DNA of 63,990 nucleotides, filler included, from Folioceros fuciformis (GCA_049999805.1; 13 parts of 13 records of this genome joined end to end with filler, not necessarily neighbours in it), one strand, 5' to 3'; positions 37,169 through 49,327 are shown, counted from the whole stretch's first letter. Notes: generated by a model from the letters alone, not told the origin. A program made the numbers and translations.

Positions 37169-38737
37169 GCCCCATCCCCGACGCATGCTAATAGTGCTTG
37201 ATATTCCCCAGTGCCTTGGTGAGGATGTCTGCAGTCATGCGATCGGTCGGGTAGTAAGTGATTCTGACTATACCTTGTGCAATGGTCTCCCTGATGTAAT
37301 CATGCTGGATCTCGATGTGCTTAGTGCGCGCGTGGACCCTCGGGTTCATTGACAGTGCGATTGCACTGTGGTTGTCGCAGAGGAGGTCAATCGGCAACTC
37401 CTGCTGAATTCCAAGCTCTCGCAAAGCTCCCTCTGACCATGTGATTTCCTTGCAGGCTTGAGTCAAGCTTTTATACTCGGCTTCGGTCGACGAGAGAGCT
37501 ATGGTGGACTGCTTGCGGCTACTCCAAGAGATGGCGCCACTTGCCAGAAGTACTACATAGCTCGAGTTGCTCCTGCGGCTGTCTGGGTCTCCAGCCCAGT
37601 TCGCATCACTGTAAACAACCAGCCTTAAGGCCTTCTTGGCCTTTGCACTATATATAATTCCCCAATCAGTTGTACCAGAGACATACCTGTAGACCCTTGT
37701 CATCAGGTCATCATGTGAGTTGTTAGGGTTTGATACAAACCGAGAAGTGAGGCCAGAGCAGAATGCCAGATTAGGCCTTGTGCCTATCATTAAGTGCATT
37801 ATACTTCCGTTCTTAGACAGGTACTGCTCAACGAGACCCTGCTCAGATTCTGGTATGTCCCCCACTTGTTGCATGTATGTAGCATTCTCTTCTACATGAG
37901 TTGAGATTGGTTTGCAGCCTAGCATGCCGTACCTGGATAGGATTTGACGTGCATACTTTTGCTGATGGAGGGATATAGTGCCTTGCAGATCTGTCCCGAA
38001 GGAGTTGCATTCCAAGACAGTAAGCTAGGGCACCAGCATAGGTAATCTTGAAGGCTCTCATTAGGGCCTCTTTCAGGTCATGAATCATTCGAAATGAATT
38101 GCTCGTGACAATGATCTCATCAACATAAATAGCCAAAGCCAAAAAATTTCCTCCTTCTCTTTTGACATAAACGCTGCTATGTGCGTGCAGGTTTTCATAC
38201 CCAAGCTCCCTCAAATAGGTGTCAATATGGGCATACCAGGCTCTTGGGCTTTGCTTGAGCTCGTACAGAGTCTTCTGAAGGCGACAAACAGGCTTCGGTA
38301 TGTTTGTAGGAACTGTAACACCTTGAGGGATCTCCATATAGATTTCCTCCAACAGATTACCATATAGGAACGCTGTGGTCACATCGAGTTGCTCCAGCTC
38401 GAGGTTGTTCACAGCAGCAAGAGCAACAAACATACGCAGCATGTTTAACTTTGCCACGGGGCTGAAGGTGTCATCATAATCGACACCAAGTATCTGTGAA
38501 TACCCTTTGGCCACAACTTGGGCCTTATACCTAGCAATGTTGCCATCTTCCTTGAGTTTGATTTTAAACACCCAGCGGCAACCTACTTGTTTTCTGTGTG
38601 CAAGCAGACTTGTAATACGCCATGTCTCATTCTCATATAGAGATGCTAACTCAAAATTAACAGCTTGTTGCTAGTGAGCAGCATCCGGATAGCTTAGTGC
38701 ATCATCATATGTTGGTGGCTCATAGAGCTCAGTGTGA
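37169..38737 (-). pseudogene. Copia RT-RNase H (same family as 52563-55464)
   Basis: RYKAQVVAKGY, QLDVTTAFLYG, IYVDE, YSDANWAGD, CDNHSA, ADILTK. Confidence 0.95.
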
Positions 38738-38837
38738 NNNNNNNNNNNNNNNNNNNNNNNNNNNNNNNNNNNNNNNNNNNNTTAATTAATTAANNNNNNN
38801 NNNNNNNNNNNNNNNNNNNNNNNNNNNNNNNNNNNNN
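38738..38837. other. Artificial contig spacer
   Basis: N44-TTAATTAATTAA-N44. Confidence 0.98.
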
Positions 38838-39171
38838 ACCGAGCAAAGGATCCTTAATGCTGTGGAAGAAGCTGAGCTACGGTGTCAACCTGGTGGCCAA
38901 GCTGTCTGATAGAAGCTCGAAAGAGATGGCCTGATTGCTGCCTTTAAAATAGCATCCAAAAACAGCTGCTACTAGATAACAAAGAGAACCTGATTTGCAG
39001 CAGAGGTAAGAACGATTCATATGGCTTCAACCCTGATTAGCTGACCTTGAAGATTCATCCAGGGCTGACAACCATTGGTACACGCAGGCCAGGCACCGAA
39101 AACTGTTCTGTGCATAACATACATAAACTTTTGGATACGAGGGTGCCTGAACTTTGCTACCATGTCACAAT

Positions 39172-39474
39172 TTAGGTCATGTGTGATGATGCATGCGGAG
39201 CCACTGCTCGTGCATAGTTCTGAAGATGAGTTGCTGCACTTGAACTTGACAGACCTAGAGAAACACAATGCTGCTGATGTGTAGCCTTAGGAAGTCCTTT
39301 GGTTAATAAATCAGCAACATTAGCTGAAGTGTGAATATAGGTAAGCTTGATTGTTCCAAGTTCTGCAGCCTGGCGAATGAAGTGAAATTGTATTTTGATA
39401 TGCTTGGATCTCGCGTGCAATATAGGATTAGCTGTGAGGACGATTGCTGACTAATTGTCACAATGCAAAAGAGT
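39172..39474 (-). pseudogene. Copia RNase H C-terminal fragment
   Basis: HCDN*SAI..HARSKHIKIQFHFIR..NVADLLTKGLP. Confidence 0.9.
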
Positions 39475-39524
39475 TGCTATTAAATATATGCTTCCTTCAT
39501 ATATACTTTACATTATACATTACA

Positions 39525-39682
39525 TGTTTGGGTTAGTGTTAGGGTTATATATAGTTATTAGTTGTAACTGTTTCTAGATGTTTTTATGTCCTTTGACACA
39601 CACACACATTATTAGTATTCAAGTTATGTAGACTCTCTTGTGCATGGCCAGCGTTGTGTAAAATTCTACATGGTATCATAGC
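39525..39682 (+). mobile_element. 5' LTR (39525-39670; alternative start 39475) plus Met-tRNA PBS 39671-39682
   Basis: TGTTTGGG...TTCTACA then TGGTATCATAGC. Confidence 0.8.
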
Positions 39683-39805
39683 ACCATCAATCCTGGAGCT
39701 ATGCACATATTGCTATAATAATCTGCATTAAGACTCATCTTTAAAATGAGTTCTTGGTTTTCTTGTTTGTTTAAGAAATGCATTTTGTAATTAGCATTAA
39801 CCGAG

Positions 39806-40183
39806 ATGCCTCGTAGAAATTTGTGTAGGCATCAAGGTCAGGAGTTGGATCGGCCGATCACGCCTAGGAGGGATTTCTAGGAGGGATCTCGCAGGAGAGA
39901 GACACCTTTTGAATACAACATTGGCAGTTCCTCCCTCTGCTCCCCTCAGCTGTCTTCAAGCAGACTTGACGAGTTGTGTGACAAGCTTCAAGAATTGAAG
40001 GTTCAAGTCTGGTTCACAAAGCATAATGTGGACAACCTGTTAACACAGCAACAACACATTTCTACACGGTGTGAGGAAGACATGTTGGCCATCTCACAGC
40101 AAGCAACGAAGAGCGATATGCAGGCTGATGAGATTGCTAACTTGAAGAAGCAATTGGCACTGCTCAAATCCCCTCAACCCTAG
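39806..40183 (+). pseudogene. Extra ORF between PBS and gag (MPRRN..., coiled-coil), one internal TAG
   Basis: ATG at 39806 is in frame with LDELCDKLQELKVQV..ADEIANLKKQLALLK. Confidence 0.55.
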
Positions 40184-40211
40184 AGTGGGCATTACAACTC
40201 CAGCATCGTTC

Positions 40212-40470
40212 ATGGCTGCAGTAGCGGATCAGACTTCAGATCGCTTGCAGGACAAGGACAGGCTTTCGCCTCACAACTACGATGCATGGAGTTTTAGTGT
40301 ACGTTGTATCCTTGAAGATAAAGGTCTCATGGATATTGTAGATGGCGCTATTCCGTAAAGAATTACAGGGGAGGATTCAGGCAAGAAGGATACGCAAGGA
40401 AATGTCATCCCTTGGACAACGACAGAAGACGTTGCTTGGCATAAACTGGATAGGAAGGCCAAAACTATAT
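40212..40470 (+). pseudogene. Copia Gag N-terminus
   Basis: KDRLSPHNYDAWSFSVRCILEDKGLMDIVDG..WHKLDRKAK. Confidence 0.85.
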
Positions 40471-40570
40471 NNNNNNNNNNNNNNNNNNNNNNNNNNNNNN
40501 NNNNNNNNNNNNNNTTAATTAATTAANNNNNNNNNNNNNNNNNNNNNNNNNNNNNNNNNNNNNNNNNNNN
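40471..40570. other. Artificial contig spacer
   Basis: N44-TTAATTAATTAA-N44. Confidence 0.98.
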
Positions 40571-40595
40571 CTCTTATGAAGGTAAATTGGCCTTT

Positions 40596-40933
40596 AAGTG
40601 GGAGGTTGTAGGGTTATTAAAGCCCAATGTGCTTAGGCTAATGTGTTTAGTCTAAGATTAGTGTCTAGTTAATGTGCTTAGACTAATGTGTTTAGTCTAA
40701 GATTAGTGTCTAGTTAAGTATCATTAGTTTAGATTAGCTTAAGCTAATCTGTAGGAAGCTTCTTGCACAGCTTCATGTGAGCTTCTTGTGAAGCTTCCTA
40801 GGGAGCTCTTCTAGAGGGTATAAATACCCCCTTGAGCTCCCTTGCCAACCACTCTCAATGTGACCTCTTTTTCTCCTCTCCTCTCTGCCTCCTATGCTCC
40901 TCTCCTCCACCATGCTCCTCTAGTGGTCCTACA
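40596..40933 (+). mobile_element. PPT plus 3' LTR (40607-40933) of the Tnt1-like copia family
   Basis: AAGTGGGAG-GT-TGTAGGGTTATTAAAGCCC...CCTACA, homologous to 15389-15738. Confidence 0.9.
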
Positions 40934-43900
40934 GCAGGGAGCTGCTCAAGAACCAACAAACCAAGAGGTGGCGAAGCCGGAGCTGAACGAAGAGGAACTA
41001 GAAGCACCCTAGGAGCAGATGCCAGAGATGGAAGTGGCCCCTCTCGAGGAGAGGAGTGAATTAGGGCATGTTCCAGAGGAGGAAGTCTTTCCAGAATGGG
41101 GAGATGTTTTTAGAAAAATTCCTCAGGTAGATAGGTTGCAGAGGTAGGGGAGTTGGAGAGGTTACGAGCACTGCTGGGAAGACAGATAACCAAGAGGGGA
41201 ATGGCTCCTGTGGGGTCACAGGAGGTGGATCTGCCAGGACTAACCTCAGCCATGGTGCAGGCACAAGTGTCCTACGTGCTAGACCAGGTGGCCAGGGCAC
41301 TGACTTGGCTGAACATGTAGGCGGAGAGGGAGGTTAAGGCCCAAAGTGACGAGGTGGAGGCGAGGGGAAAGGAGGCCGAAGCCTGGAGATAGCTGGCGGA
41401 GTCCGAGACGGCACGGCGGCTCCTGGAAGAGAAGCAGCGGGTCCTGGGTGAGGATAAGGCACTGATGGAGGAAGAGGGGCGTCAAGCTAAGGCAGAGATT
41501 CAGGTGCTGAAGGAGCAACAGGAGTCGCTCCTAGCTCAGGTGAGGGAAGCCCATGAGACTAATTTGGAAAGACAGCAGGAGGTGGCTAAGGCTCAAGAGC
41601 ACGAGATGGCTGCAATGGAACAAGTCCAAAAGCTGGCCGACAGGTACAAATGGGAGCGAGATGAGGCCAGGGAGCGCATAAAGAGAAAGGGCAAGGCTAG
41701 GCGCAGTAGCTAGACGTCGACGCCGGTAGCCGACAGGGCTATCGGTAGTCGAGGGCCAGAATCGGTAGCGAACGGGGCTACCAGTAGCCGAGCAATAGTG
41801 CCGGTAGCCAACGGGGCTACCAGTAGTCTCGCAACACTCGAGGTAGCTGAAGGGGGTACCGGTGGAGGAAGGACGACTCCGGTAGCTGAAGCCAGGACCC
41901 CGGTAGCCAAAGAAGTGAGGGCGGAGGCACCTGTGCCTAGGCGTTCTAGAAGGGCGACTCACACCAGGTGAACTGAGCTGGGGAAGCAATAGCTGGAGGG
42001 ATGGAGGACTCTCAGGTACCCCAGGAGAGTAGGGGACAGGCAGCCCGAGGTAGCCCAAGGGAGGAAGGGGTAAGCACCTCCTTTATGACAGAGGGTCAAG
42101 TTATGTTGCAGTATGAGGAGGAGGCCTCTTATGTGCCAGGCCTCTATGTGGAAGGAGCCCGAGTTCTGAAGCTGTTTTTGTATGTACGTATGGGCACAAG
42201 AGGGACGCAGGGCTACGGTCTACAACTGAAGACCTGCAGGGGTATCTACTACTACCGCTGGCGGGTATGGGGGCTGCCTCATTGCTATTCCAAGGTAGTC
42301 CTGGACGAATTGATGGAGGAGGAGGCACAGCAGTGGGTTGAATGGGAGCCTGTCCTCATCCTCAGTAATCGGCAATGGAGGGAGGAGAGGGATTTCTTGC
42401 AACGGGACCCACCTGCGCCGCCGCCAGCAAGGGCTAGGAGCAGCAGTAGTGAAGTCGAGGTACTGTGGGAGGACCTACCTGACCAACGGCGGGGTAGGAG
42501 GGCTAGAGGCGGACCAATAGGGGGAAGGGCGTGACGACCAGGAGGGAGGCGCTAGCGGTAAAGAGAGAGGCGATAGTAATTACAGTCTAGACTAGTCTTT
42601 TTTTTAGATTGTTTTTGCTTGGACCTAAGCCGCTCAGAATTTAAGAGAGCTGACTAACCCCTGACAAACTTTATGGCAGAAGATCGCCACTACCATGTAC
42701 AAGAGGCCAGCTTGGGCCTCGAAAAAATTAACAAGAAACCAGCCCAACATTCCAACCTTCTGGAAGCCTAGCGATGGCCGTTGCTGGACAAGAGGTCCAG
42801 GCAAGCGAGTGCACGTAGTGTTCTGAGGGTGTGGGTGCAGGTGGTGGAAGCTCCGTGACCAGGCTTCGGGGGTGAATCGGGAGGAGAGACCTCGCCGAGT
42901 GGGAGACGAGCTCCCCAAGTACCCTCGGGACGATCGCGTGGAGTGGTGGAAGGGTCAAAGGTTGAATCCGCGAGTTTGGAGTGGAAGTGGAAACCCCTTC
43001 CCTCAGCCTCTAGTGATCCATTATTCCTTCAACTTCAGAGAGGAGGGAAGGCCTTAAAGGGGCAAGAATGGTGAGGGAGAATGAGAGATGCGAGTGGATT
43101 GAGAAAAGAGTGTGTGTGTGAGTAAGAGTGTGGATGAACGTACGTCAATGAAGTAAGAGTGCAGTTCAGGCGATCGTTGTGGTGAGAACTGTGAAGGGAC
43201 ATAAGTCATGGGTGTGGCGATGGAGAATGGTGCGACTGAATAACTGGGGGTTCGATGGGACTAATGTGTGAGCGTTGGGTGATCGAGGGTTGTATCTGGA
43301 ATGGTGAGCGTGGCGCGTTGCGGAACCGCGACCGTGGCCGGTGAAGTGAACAGCTAGAATGAGAGAGAGAGGAGAGCCAGGGATGGCCATGTGCTGAAAA
43401 AAACCTTGAATCGAAGAAAAGTTTGTATGATTGAGTGACCGAAGTGTGGACGTGTGGGGACGCGCGAGTGGACGTGAAGAGTCTGGCCTGAGGTTGTGAG
43501 CAGAATGCGGTAGTGGGTGAGAGCGCGCTGACTGTTTAAGAGCCGTGCATGTATGTGTATGTGTGTGTGACCCGAGCGCCCTCGATTCCTGAGAGGGACA
43601 GTAAATAGTCGTGAGTGGATGGAAGGTCGTGTGTCGTGAGGAAAGGGTAATCGCCAGTAAGAGCGAGGTCTGCGAAAGATCATCACTGTCAGGAGGCATA
43701 AGCCGGGAAAGTAAGTCATGGAGTAAATTAGAGAGAGAGAGAAGGTAGAGAGAGAAAGGTTGAGGAGGAGAGAGAGAGAGAAAGAGAGCGGGTGGGTCCC
43801 ATCGGAGTAGCTAGTTGGGCTACCGTCATGGAAGGGCAACGGAGGTAGCCGAGTGTTGCGGTAGTCGTGGAGGCAACGGAGTAGCTGGGGAATAGTAGTT

Positions 43901-44056
43901 GGAGTAGCACGCATCCCGACAGCTGAGTAAGCCATCAGGTAGCCCAGGGTTAAGGTAGTTGAGGGGGCGACGGTAGTAGTAGAGTCGTGGTAAGGTTGAG
44001 GTAGCCGAATAGGTGGTAGTTGAGCGGTAGACTGACCTTGGGTAGTACCTGACTTT
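40934..44056 (+). mobile_element. Internal region of antisense-ORF LTR family (copy A): ORF tail, coiled coil, GYGLQL..EVLWEDLPD segment, GGTAGCC-rich repeats
   Basis: 40934-42510 is partly collinear with 57040-57897. 42696-43140 is a diverged inverted match to 45650-46094. Confidence 0.75.
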
Positions 44057-44176
44057 GTGAGAAAACCTGTGTTATTTAACACAATTCATTCCCTTGGAAT
44101 CGAATCCCAATGCTATAATGACAAAGAGGGTTTGTGTGGACCTCGCAGCACCCCTGGGTGCAATATTTTCCCCCAC
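44057..44176. mobile_element. 120-bp TG..CA LTR-like piece joining copies A and B
   Basis: TGTGAGAAAA ... TTTTCCCCCACA. No TSD. Confidence 0.45.
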
Positions 44177-45033
44177 ACTCGTCTCCTCTTGGCGGGAGTC
44201 TTCTTCCCCGCCATTGCCTTCCTCTTCTGCCTGGTAGGGGTCTCCTCCTCTGAGCTGTCCGCGCCGCCCGACTCTTAGCTGCTAGAGTCAGCTTCCATTG
44301 GCTCAGCGGGCTTCCACTTCACGTCCCTTATTGGTCTCCACATATGCAGTGAGGCGAGCACCTCCAGTTCAGACACGAGGTTAGCATAATAGTAGATATG
44401 AATTAGAAAGGGAGAGATCATCGAGGGCCAAGGAGAGGACAGGGTCAGATTCTGCCTCTCCTCGTCCATCCTGGCATACAGGATTTTCCCCCAATCTAGC
44501 TTGCTTTCCTTGACAACTTCGTGCATAAACAGGAGCATTTGATAAGATAGATAATCTTGCTTGCGAACTTGCAGGAAGCTTAGGAACCACCTGGTCAGAC
44601 CCATCCGCTAGGGGCTGGCCATATCGCGGATCAGCCAACCATTTGCTTCCTTCTTGGTGCCAGGTTTGAATAGCACCTCGGCGTCTGCTGTGCCACCATG
44701 CTTCTTCAGGGACTCCAACACCAGTCCCCCCTCCTCCTGCTGATCGAGGCCTTACACCCGTCTTACCAGCTCCAGGTTCCATTCCTGGGGCCTGGCACGG
44801 ATCCCCTCCTCTCGGACGGGCTTTCTTATCTTCAGGGTGCACTCCCTGACCAGCTGCGGTGCTGCATGATTCCACCTTTGGGTCTTGAACCCGAGGCCTA
44901 GTTCTTCAACCAGCCCTCCGGCTCTGGCCCTCTAGTGCTCCATGTTGGGCCACAGGACCACATTGATCGGAGGTTCTCCCTCCTCGTGCTCACACACCAG
45001 TACTCCTGGCAGCAACTCTGGTCGAGACCTCAT
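44177..45033 (-). pseudogene. LTR-antisense ORF, copy B (plant-transposon-protein-like)
   Basis: MRSRPELLPG...LDWGKILYARMDEERQNL..MISPFLIHIY, homologous to 56079-57170. Confidence 0.8.
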
Positions 45034-45647
45034 CCTGCCTGATCTCCTTTCGCGCTCCAAACACCGCTGCCCTCCTGCACCTGCAGCCGCCTAGCGTCCT
45101 CCTTCCACTCTGCGCCGCCGCCTTAGTGCCCGCTCCGCCCCTTACCATCGTCGCGCTTCACGGCTACTCCCGCTCTCGCTCCAACTCGCAAACACACCTG
45201 CCTCGATTACTACCCAGGTTCTCCCTAACTCTCTCTAGGGTTTTATACTGCCGTTCCCGTTCCACTACCGCCGGTTGCCCTTCCACGACGGTCGCCCAAC
45301 CGGCTACCGTTGCCTAGTCACCACACCCCGTTTTTTTGCCTAAGTCCCCAACTACCTAAGCCCCTCCCCCCACTTCCTATTTTGTTATTTTTCAGGGGGC
45401 GGGGGGTGCATATACAGACACCTGAGTGTCCTCGAACCATCAAGGGCCAAGGACACTCTCGCTCAAACTTTTCCTCACTCCTGTCACTCAATCTTGTCAA
45501 AACACAAAGGGCCAAGGAGACTTTGGTATAAATACCCTAGTCTTATTCACATACTAAGCCGATCCAATCGCATTCTCACAAAAAAAGCACAACCTGTTCA
45601 TTCCGTCCTTCAATATGGGAGTCCCGAAAGTTTTTTTCCTCTACACA
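45034..45647 (+). mobile_element. LTR end of copy B with divergent TATA-like motifs
   Basis: Ends CTCTACACA. TATAAATA (+) at 45527-45534 and TATAAAA (-) at 45247-45241. Confidence 0.65.
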
Positions 45648-46094
45648 CGATCATCAACATTCTTACTCTCACATTCTCACTTCTTAGTCCACTCGCGACT
45701 CTCGACTCCTCTCTCCGACTTGCCCCTCGAGGGCCTTCTCTTCTCTCTGAAATTGGAGGAATAATGGGGTCACCAGAGGCTAAGGGAAGGGGTATCCACT
45801 TCCACTTCGAACTCGCGGATTCGGCCTGCTGACACTCTCACCACTCCACGCAACCGTCACGGGGATAGTTGGGGAGCTCGTCTCCCACTCAGCGAGGTTC
45901 CTCCTCCCAATTCGTCCTCGGAACTCAGTCACGGAGCATCCACCACCTATACCCGGTGTCACCCTCAGAACACTACGTGCGCTCGCTTGCCTGGACCTCC
46001 TGTCCAACGGCGGCCATTGCTAGGCTTCCACAAGGTTGGAATGTTGGGCTGGTTTCTCGATGATTTTGCCGAGGTCCCAAATTGGCCTCTTGTA

Positions 46095-46387
46095 TGTTGA
46101 GTTATCGAGCTCTATATGAGCTAAACTCATGTGGTGTTAGTTATCCCAGTTGGGTTCATACTAGACTAGTTCTAGTTATTAGTGAACTTAGGATAGTGTA
46201 GATTATCCCATATTGAACCTGGAAGTTGTGTAGCCCTAAATGTACTACTTAAATGGAGACCTCGGACCTCCATAGTAAGACAGTGGTGATGTGTATTGTT
46301 TTCATGGTTGTGATCACCAATACCACCCTCTCTTCTCTCCTCTCCTCTCCTACACTTGCACGTAGATTGGAGTCGATCCTATTGACA
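46095..46387 (+). mobile_element. Complete 293-bp LTR
   Basis: TGTTGAG...TTGACA. The first 164 bp are identical to 24918-25081. Confidence 0.85.
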
Positions 46388-46390
46388 TTG

Positions 46391-46490
46391 NNNNNNNNNN
46401 NNNNNNNNNNNNNNNNNNNNNNNNNNNNNNNNNNTTAATTAATTAANNNNNNNNNNNNNNNNNNNNNNNNNNNNNNNNNNNNNNNNNNNN
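46391..46490. other. Artificial contig spacer
   Basis: N44-TTAATTAATTAA-N44. Confidence 0.98.
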
Positions 46491-46820
46491 TGGAGGTGCG
46501 ACGGGTGGTGTTTCAAGAAGATGGATTTGACCGTCCTACGCAGGTTGAACGTCGTGATGTGCAGGAACAAGTTCCTTCACTTGTATAAGAGGAGAGAGTG
46601 CAACCAGCTCCGGTCGAGGAGCCATTGCTTCGTAGGTCAGGAAGGATCTCACGTCCTCCTGACAGGTATGTTGCATCCCTTGATTATGTCATGCTGACGG
46701 ATTGTGGGGAGCCCTCTTGTTACCAAGAGGCCATGTCAGTGACTGGCAAGGACAAGTGGGAGGAAGCGATGCAGTCGCAGATGGATTCACTCCACAAGAA
46801 CCAAACTTGGGAGTTGGTTC
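46491..46820 (+). pseudogene. Tnt1-like copia IN-RT linker / RT start fragment
   Basis: LRRSGRISRPPDRY..GEPSCYQEAM..KWEEAM..NQTWELV. Confidence 0.85.
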
Positions 46821-47207
46821 GTGGATTAGTGTGAAAGTTAGAGCACGGGCATGAGAGCGTGAGAACGCAAGGGGCAAGTGAGCAAAGACAAAAGCGGTTA
46901 TTAATTCATTTCACAAGAAAGTGTATATATAGGTAAAGGGTATTAGGTATTAAATAAAGTATATTTCTGATTATAAAACTAACCTAAACTAACATAATTT
47001 CCTTTGCTCCCTCTTAGTTGAAATAATCAGGATAAGGAAAATATGAAAAATAGGCTAATGTAAACCATAACACTAAAACCAAAACAAACAACTAGCTCCC
47101 TCTTAAGCTCCAAAAGAGGGTAAGGCCTTAGTGTTGTTGTTATTGAGCAACACACGACTAGCACAAAACGTTGTGGCTTCATCCACTGCGCTGATCAACA
47201 TACCACA

Positions 47208-47835
47208 TTAATGTGCAGTGCCAATCTTGGCCACTGCCACAATGAGCTTAAGACCTCCTGCTGATGAATGCTTGGCATGCAAATTTCGAGGTAGAGCCTT
47301 GGTAAGCAAATCTGCAATGTTGTCACTTGTTGGAATATAACAAACTTCTAACTCGCCTGTATCAGCAGCTTGTCTTATAAAATGATGAGTATTTTCTATA
47401 TGCTTCGACCTCGCATGGAAAACTGGGTTCTTCGAGAGTGCAATAGCAGACTGGTTATCACACCATAATACTATAGCACCTGATGGTAGTTGCTGTATGC
47501 CTCTCAAGAAAGAACGTATCCAAATTACTTCTCTTGCTGCTTGTGATAAAGCTCCATATTCGGCCTCCGTAGATGATAAGCAAATAGTAGCCAACTTCTT
47601 GCTTGACCAGGAAACCACAGATCCACCAAGTAAATTGCAATATGCTGCAACACGCTTCCTACTATCCGGGTCTCCGGCCCAATCAGCATCACAAAATGAA
47701 GTGAGCATTAAACCAGCATGCTGCTTTGTGTAAGTAAGTCCAAATCTAGGAGTGCCCTTAAGATACCTGAAGATCCTCTTCACGGCTATCCAATGAGCTT
47801 CCCCCGGATTTTCTAAAAATTGAGACACACTACTA
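47208..47835 (-). CDS. Copia RT C-terminus / RNase H fragment
   Basis: HWIAVKRIFRYLKGT, FCDADWAGD, STEAEY, CDNQSA, ADLLTKAL. Confidence 0.95.
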
Positions 47836-47935
47836 NNNNNNNNNNNNNNNNNNNNNNNNNNNNNNNNNNNNNNNNNNNNTTAATTAATTAANNNNNNNNN
47901 NNNNNNNNNNNNNNNNNNNNNNNNNNNNNNNNNNN
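47836..47935. other. Artificial contig spacer
   Basis: N44-TTAATTAATTAA-N44. Confidence 0.98.
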
Positions 47936-48030
47936 CACATTCTCGTCATCGCTGAACGAGAAGTCCCGCTGCCTTGCACCTTGTCATCCAGTCAATGCAC
48001 AGCCATGCTGCTTCCTTTCCTTCTGCGTAT

Positions 48031-49227
48031 CTCTCCTGTGCGAGCTGAAACAGCTCACACATGCGGCCTTCGCTTTCAAGGGATTTGAGAACCTCCTTCA
48101 GACCTGCCCGGCCTGCATCCACATTCACATCATTGTCATCCACTGGCACCTTATACTCCAGTTGTTGACTAAGGTTTCCCCACCCAATCCCACCACTGTC
48201 GTTCGCATAGCTCCATGCATCTCCCAGTCGCTTCAAAAGATCAACCTCAACCACAAAGCTTCCGTGCTCCGCTTTGCACCTTCTTCATTCACCCCCTTGT
48301 GTCGAAGGGTATGGATGGCACTCACATGGGTGCAGAAACCACCACATTTTCTTTGAACCCTTCCTACGCAAGTGTCCATGCTCCTGCTTTGACTAGTACA
48401 CAGCCCCTACGACTGAAAGCTGTGCTGGTGGCCCAATTTCACAGCCGTGCTCCAAATGCACAACGGTCCACGGCTGGATGAAAACCTTGCACTGCCCTTC
48501 ATTCTTAGATGCAGGTTTGTGATGCGAGTCCCAAATCTGGCTGCAACTCTCTACGGCAATTCAAAGTCTGACCACAGCCAGCATTATTTCCTACAGCCTA
48601 CTGTCTCAGCTTACGACCGTTCACCAAGCAACCCTCTTATTTTACACACCTACACTTCTAGACACAAACGCTCACCACCGTAAACCGCTCGGGTGAAACA
48701 GCTCTCCTATGTAAGCTGAAACAGCTCCCACATGCGGCCTTCAAGGGATTTGAGAACCTCCTTCAGACCTGCCCAGCCTGCATCCACATTCACATCATCC
48801 TCATCCACTGGAACCTTATGAGCCAGTTGTAGGTTGTTGGCTAAGGTTTCCCCGCCCAATCCCACCACTGTCGTTGGCATAGCTCCATGTATCTCCCAGT
48901 CCCTTCAAACGATGAACCTCAACCACAAAGCTTCCGTGCTCCGCTTTGCACCTTCTTCATTCACCCCTTGCGTGAAAGGCTATGGATGCCACTCACACGG
49001 GTCCACAAACCAACACATTCTGTTTTATCCCTCCTCCCTACCAAAGTATCCATGCTCCTCCTCTTACTAATAGACAAAGCCTACGAGTGAAAGCTGAGCT
49101 GGTGGCCCAATTTCACATCCATGGTCCAAATGCACAACCGTCCATGGCTGGATCCAAACCTTGCACTGCCCATGATTCTTAGCTGCAACTTTGAGATGCA
49201 ACACTCAAATCTGGCTGCAACTCTCTA
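48031..49227. repeat. Diverged direct duplication, period ~670 bp (48031-48553 vs 48703-49227)
   Basis: Collinear blocks, e.g. AGCTGAAACAGCTC..CATGCGGCCTTC through AATCTGGCTGCAACTCTCTA. Confidence 0.9.
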
Positions 49228-49327
49228 NNNNNNNNNNNNNNNNNNNNNNNNNNNNNNNNNNNNNNNNNNNNTTAATTAATTAANNNNNNNNNNNNNNNNN
49301 NNNNNNNNNNNNNNNNNNNNNNNNNNN
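49228..49327. other. Artificial contig spacer
   Basis: N44-TTAATTAATTAA-N44. Confidence 0.98.

Noticed and set aside
15389-40933. LTRs at 15389 and 40607 as two ends of one element
   Set aside because: They are on different contigs, differ by several indels and substitutions, and the flanks AAGGG vs GCAGG give no TSD.
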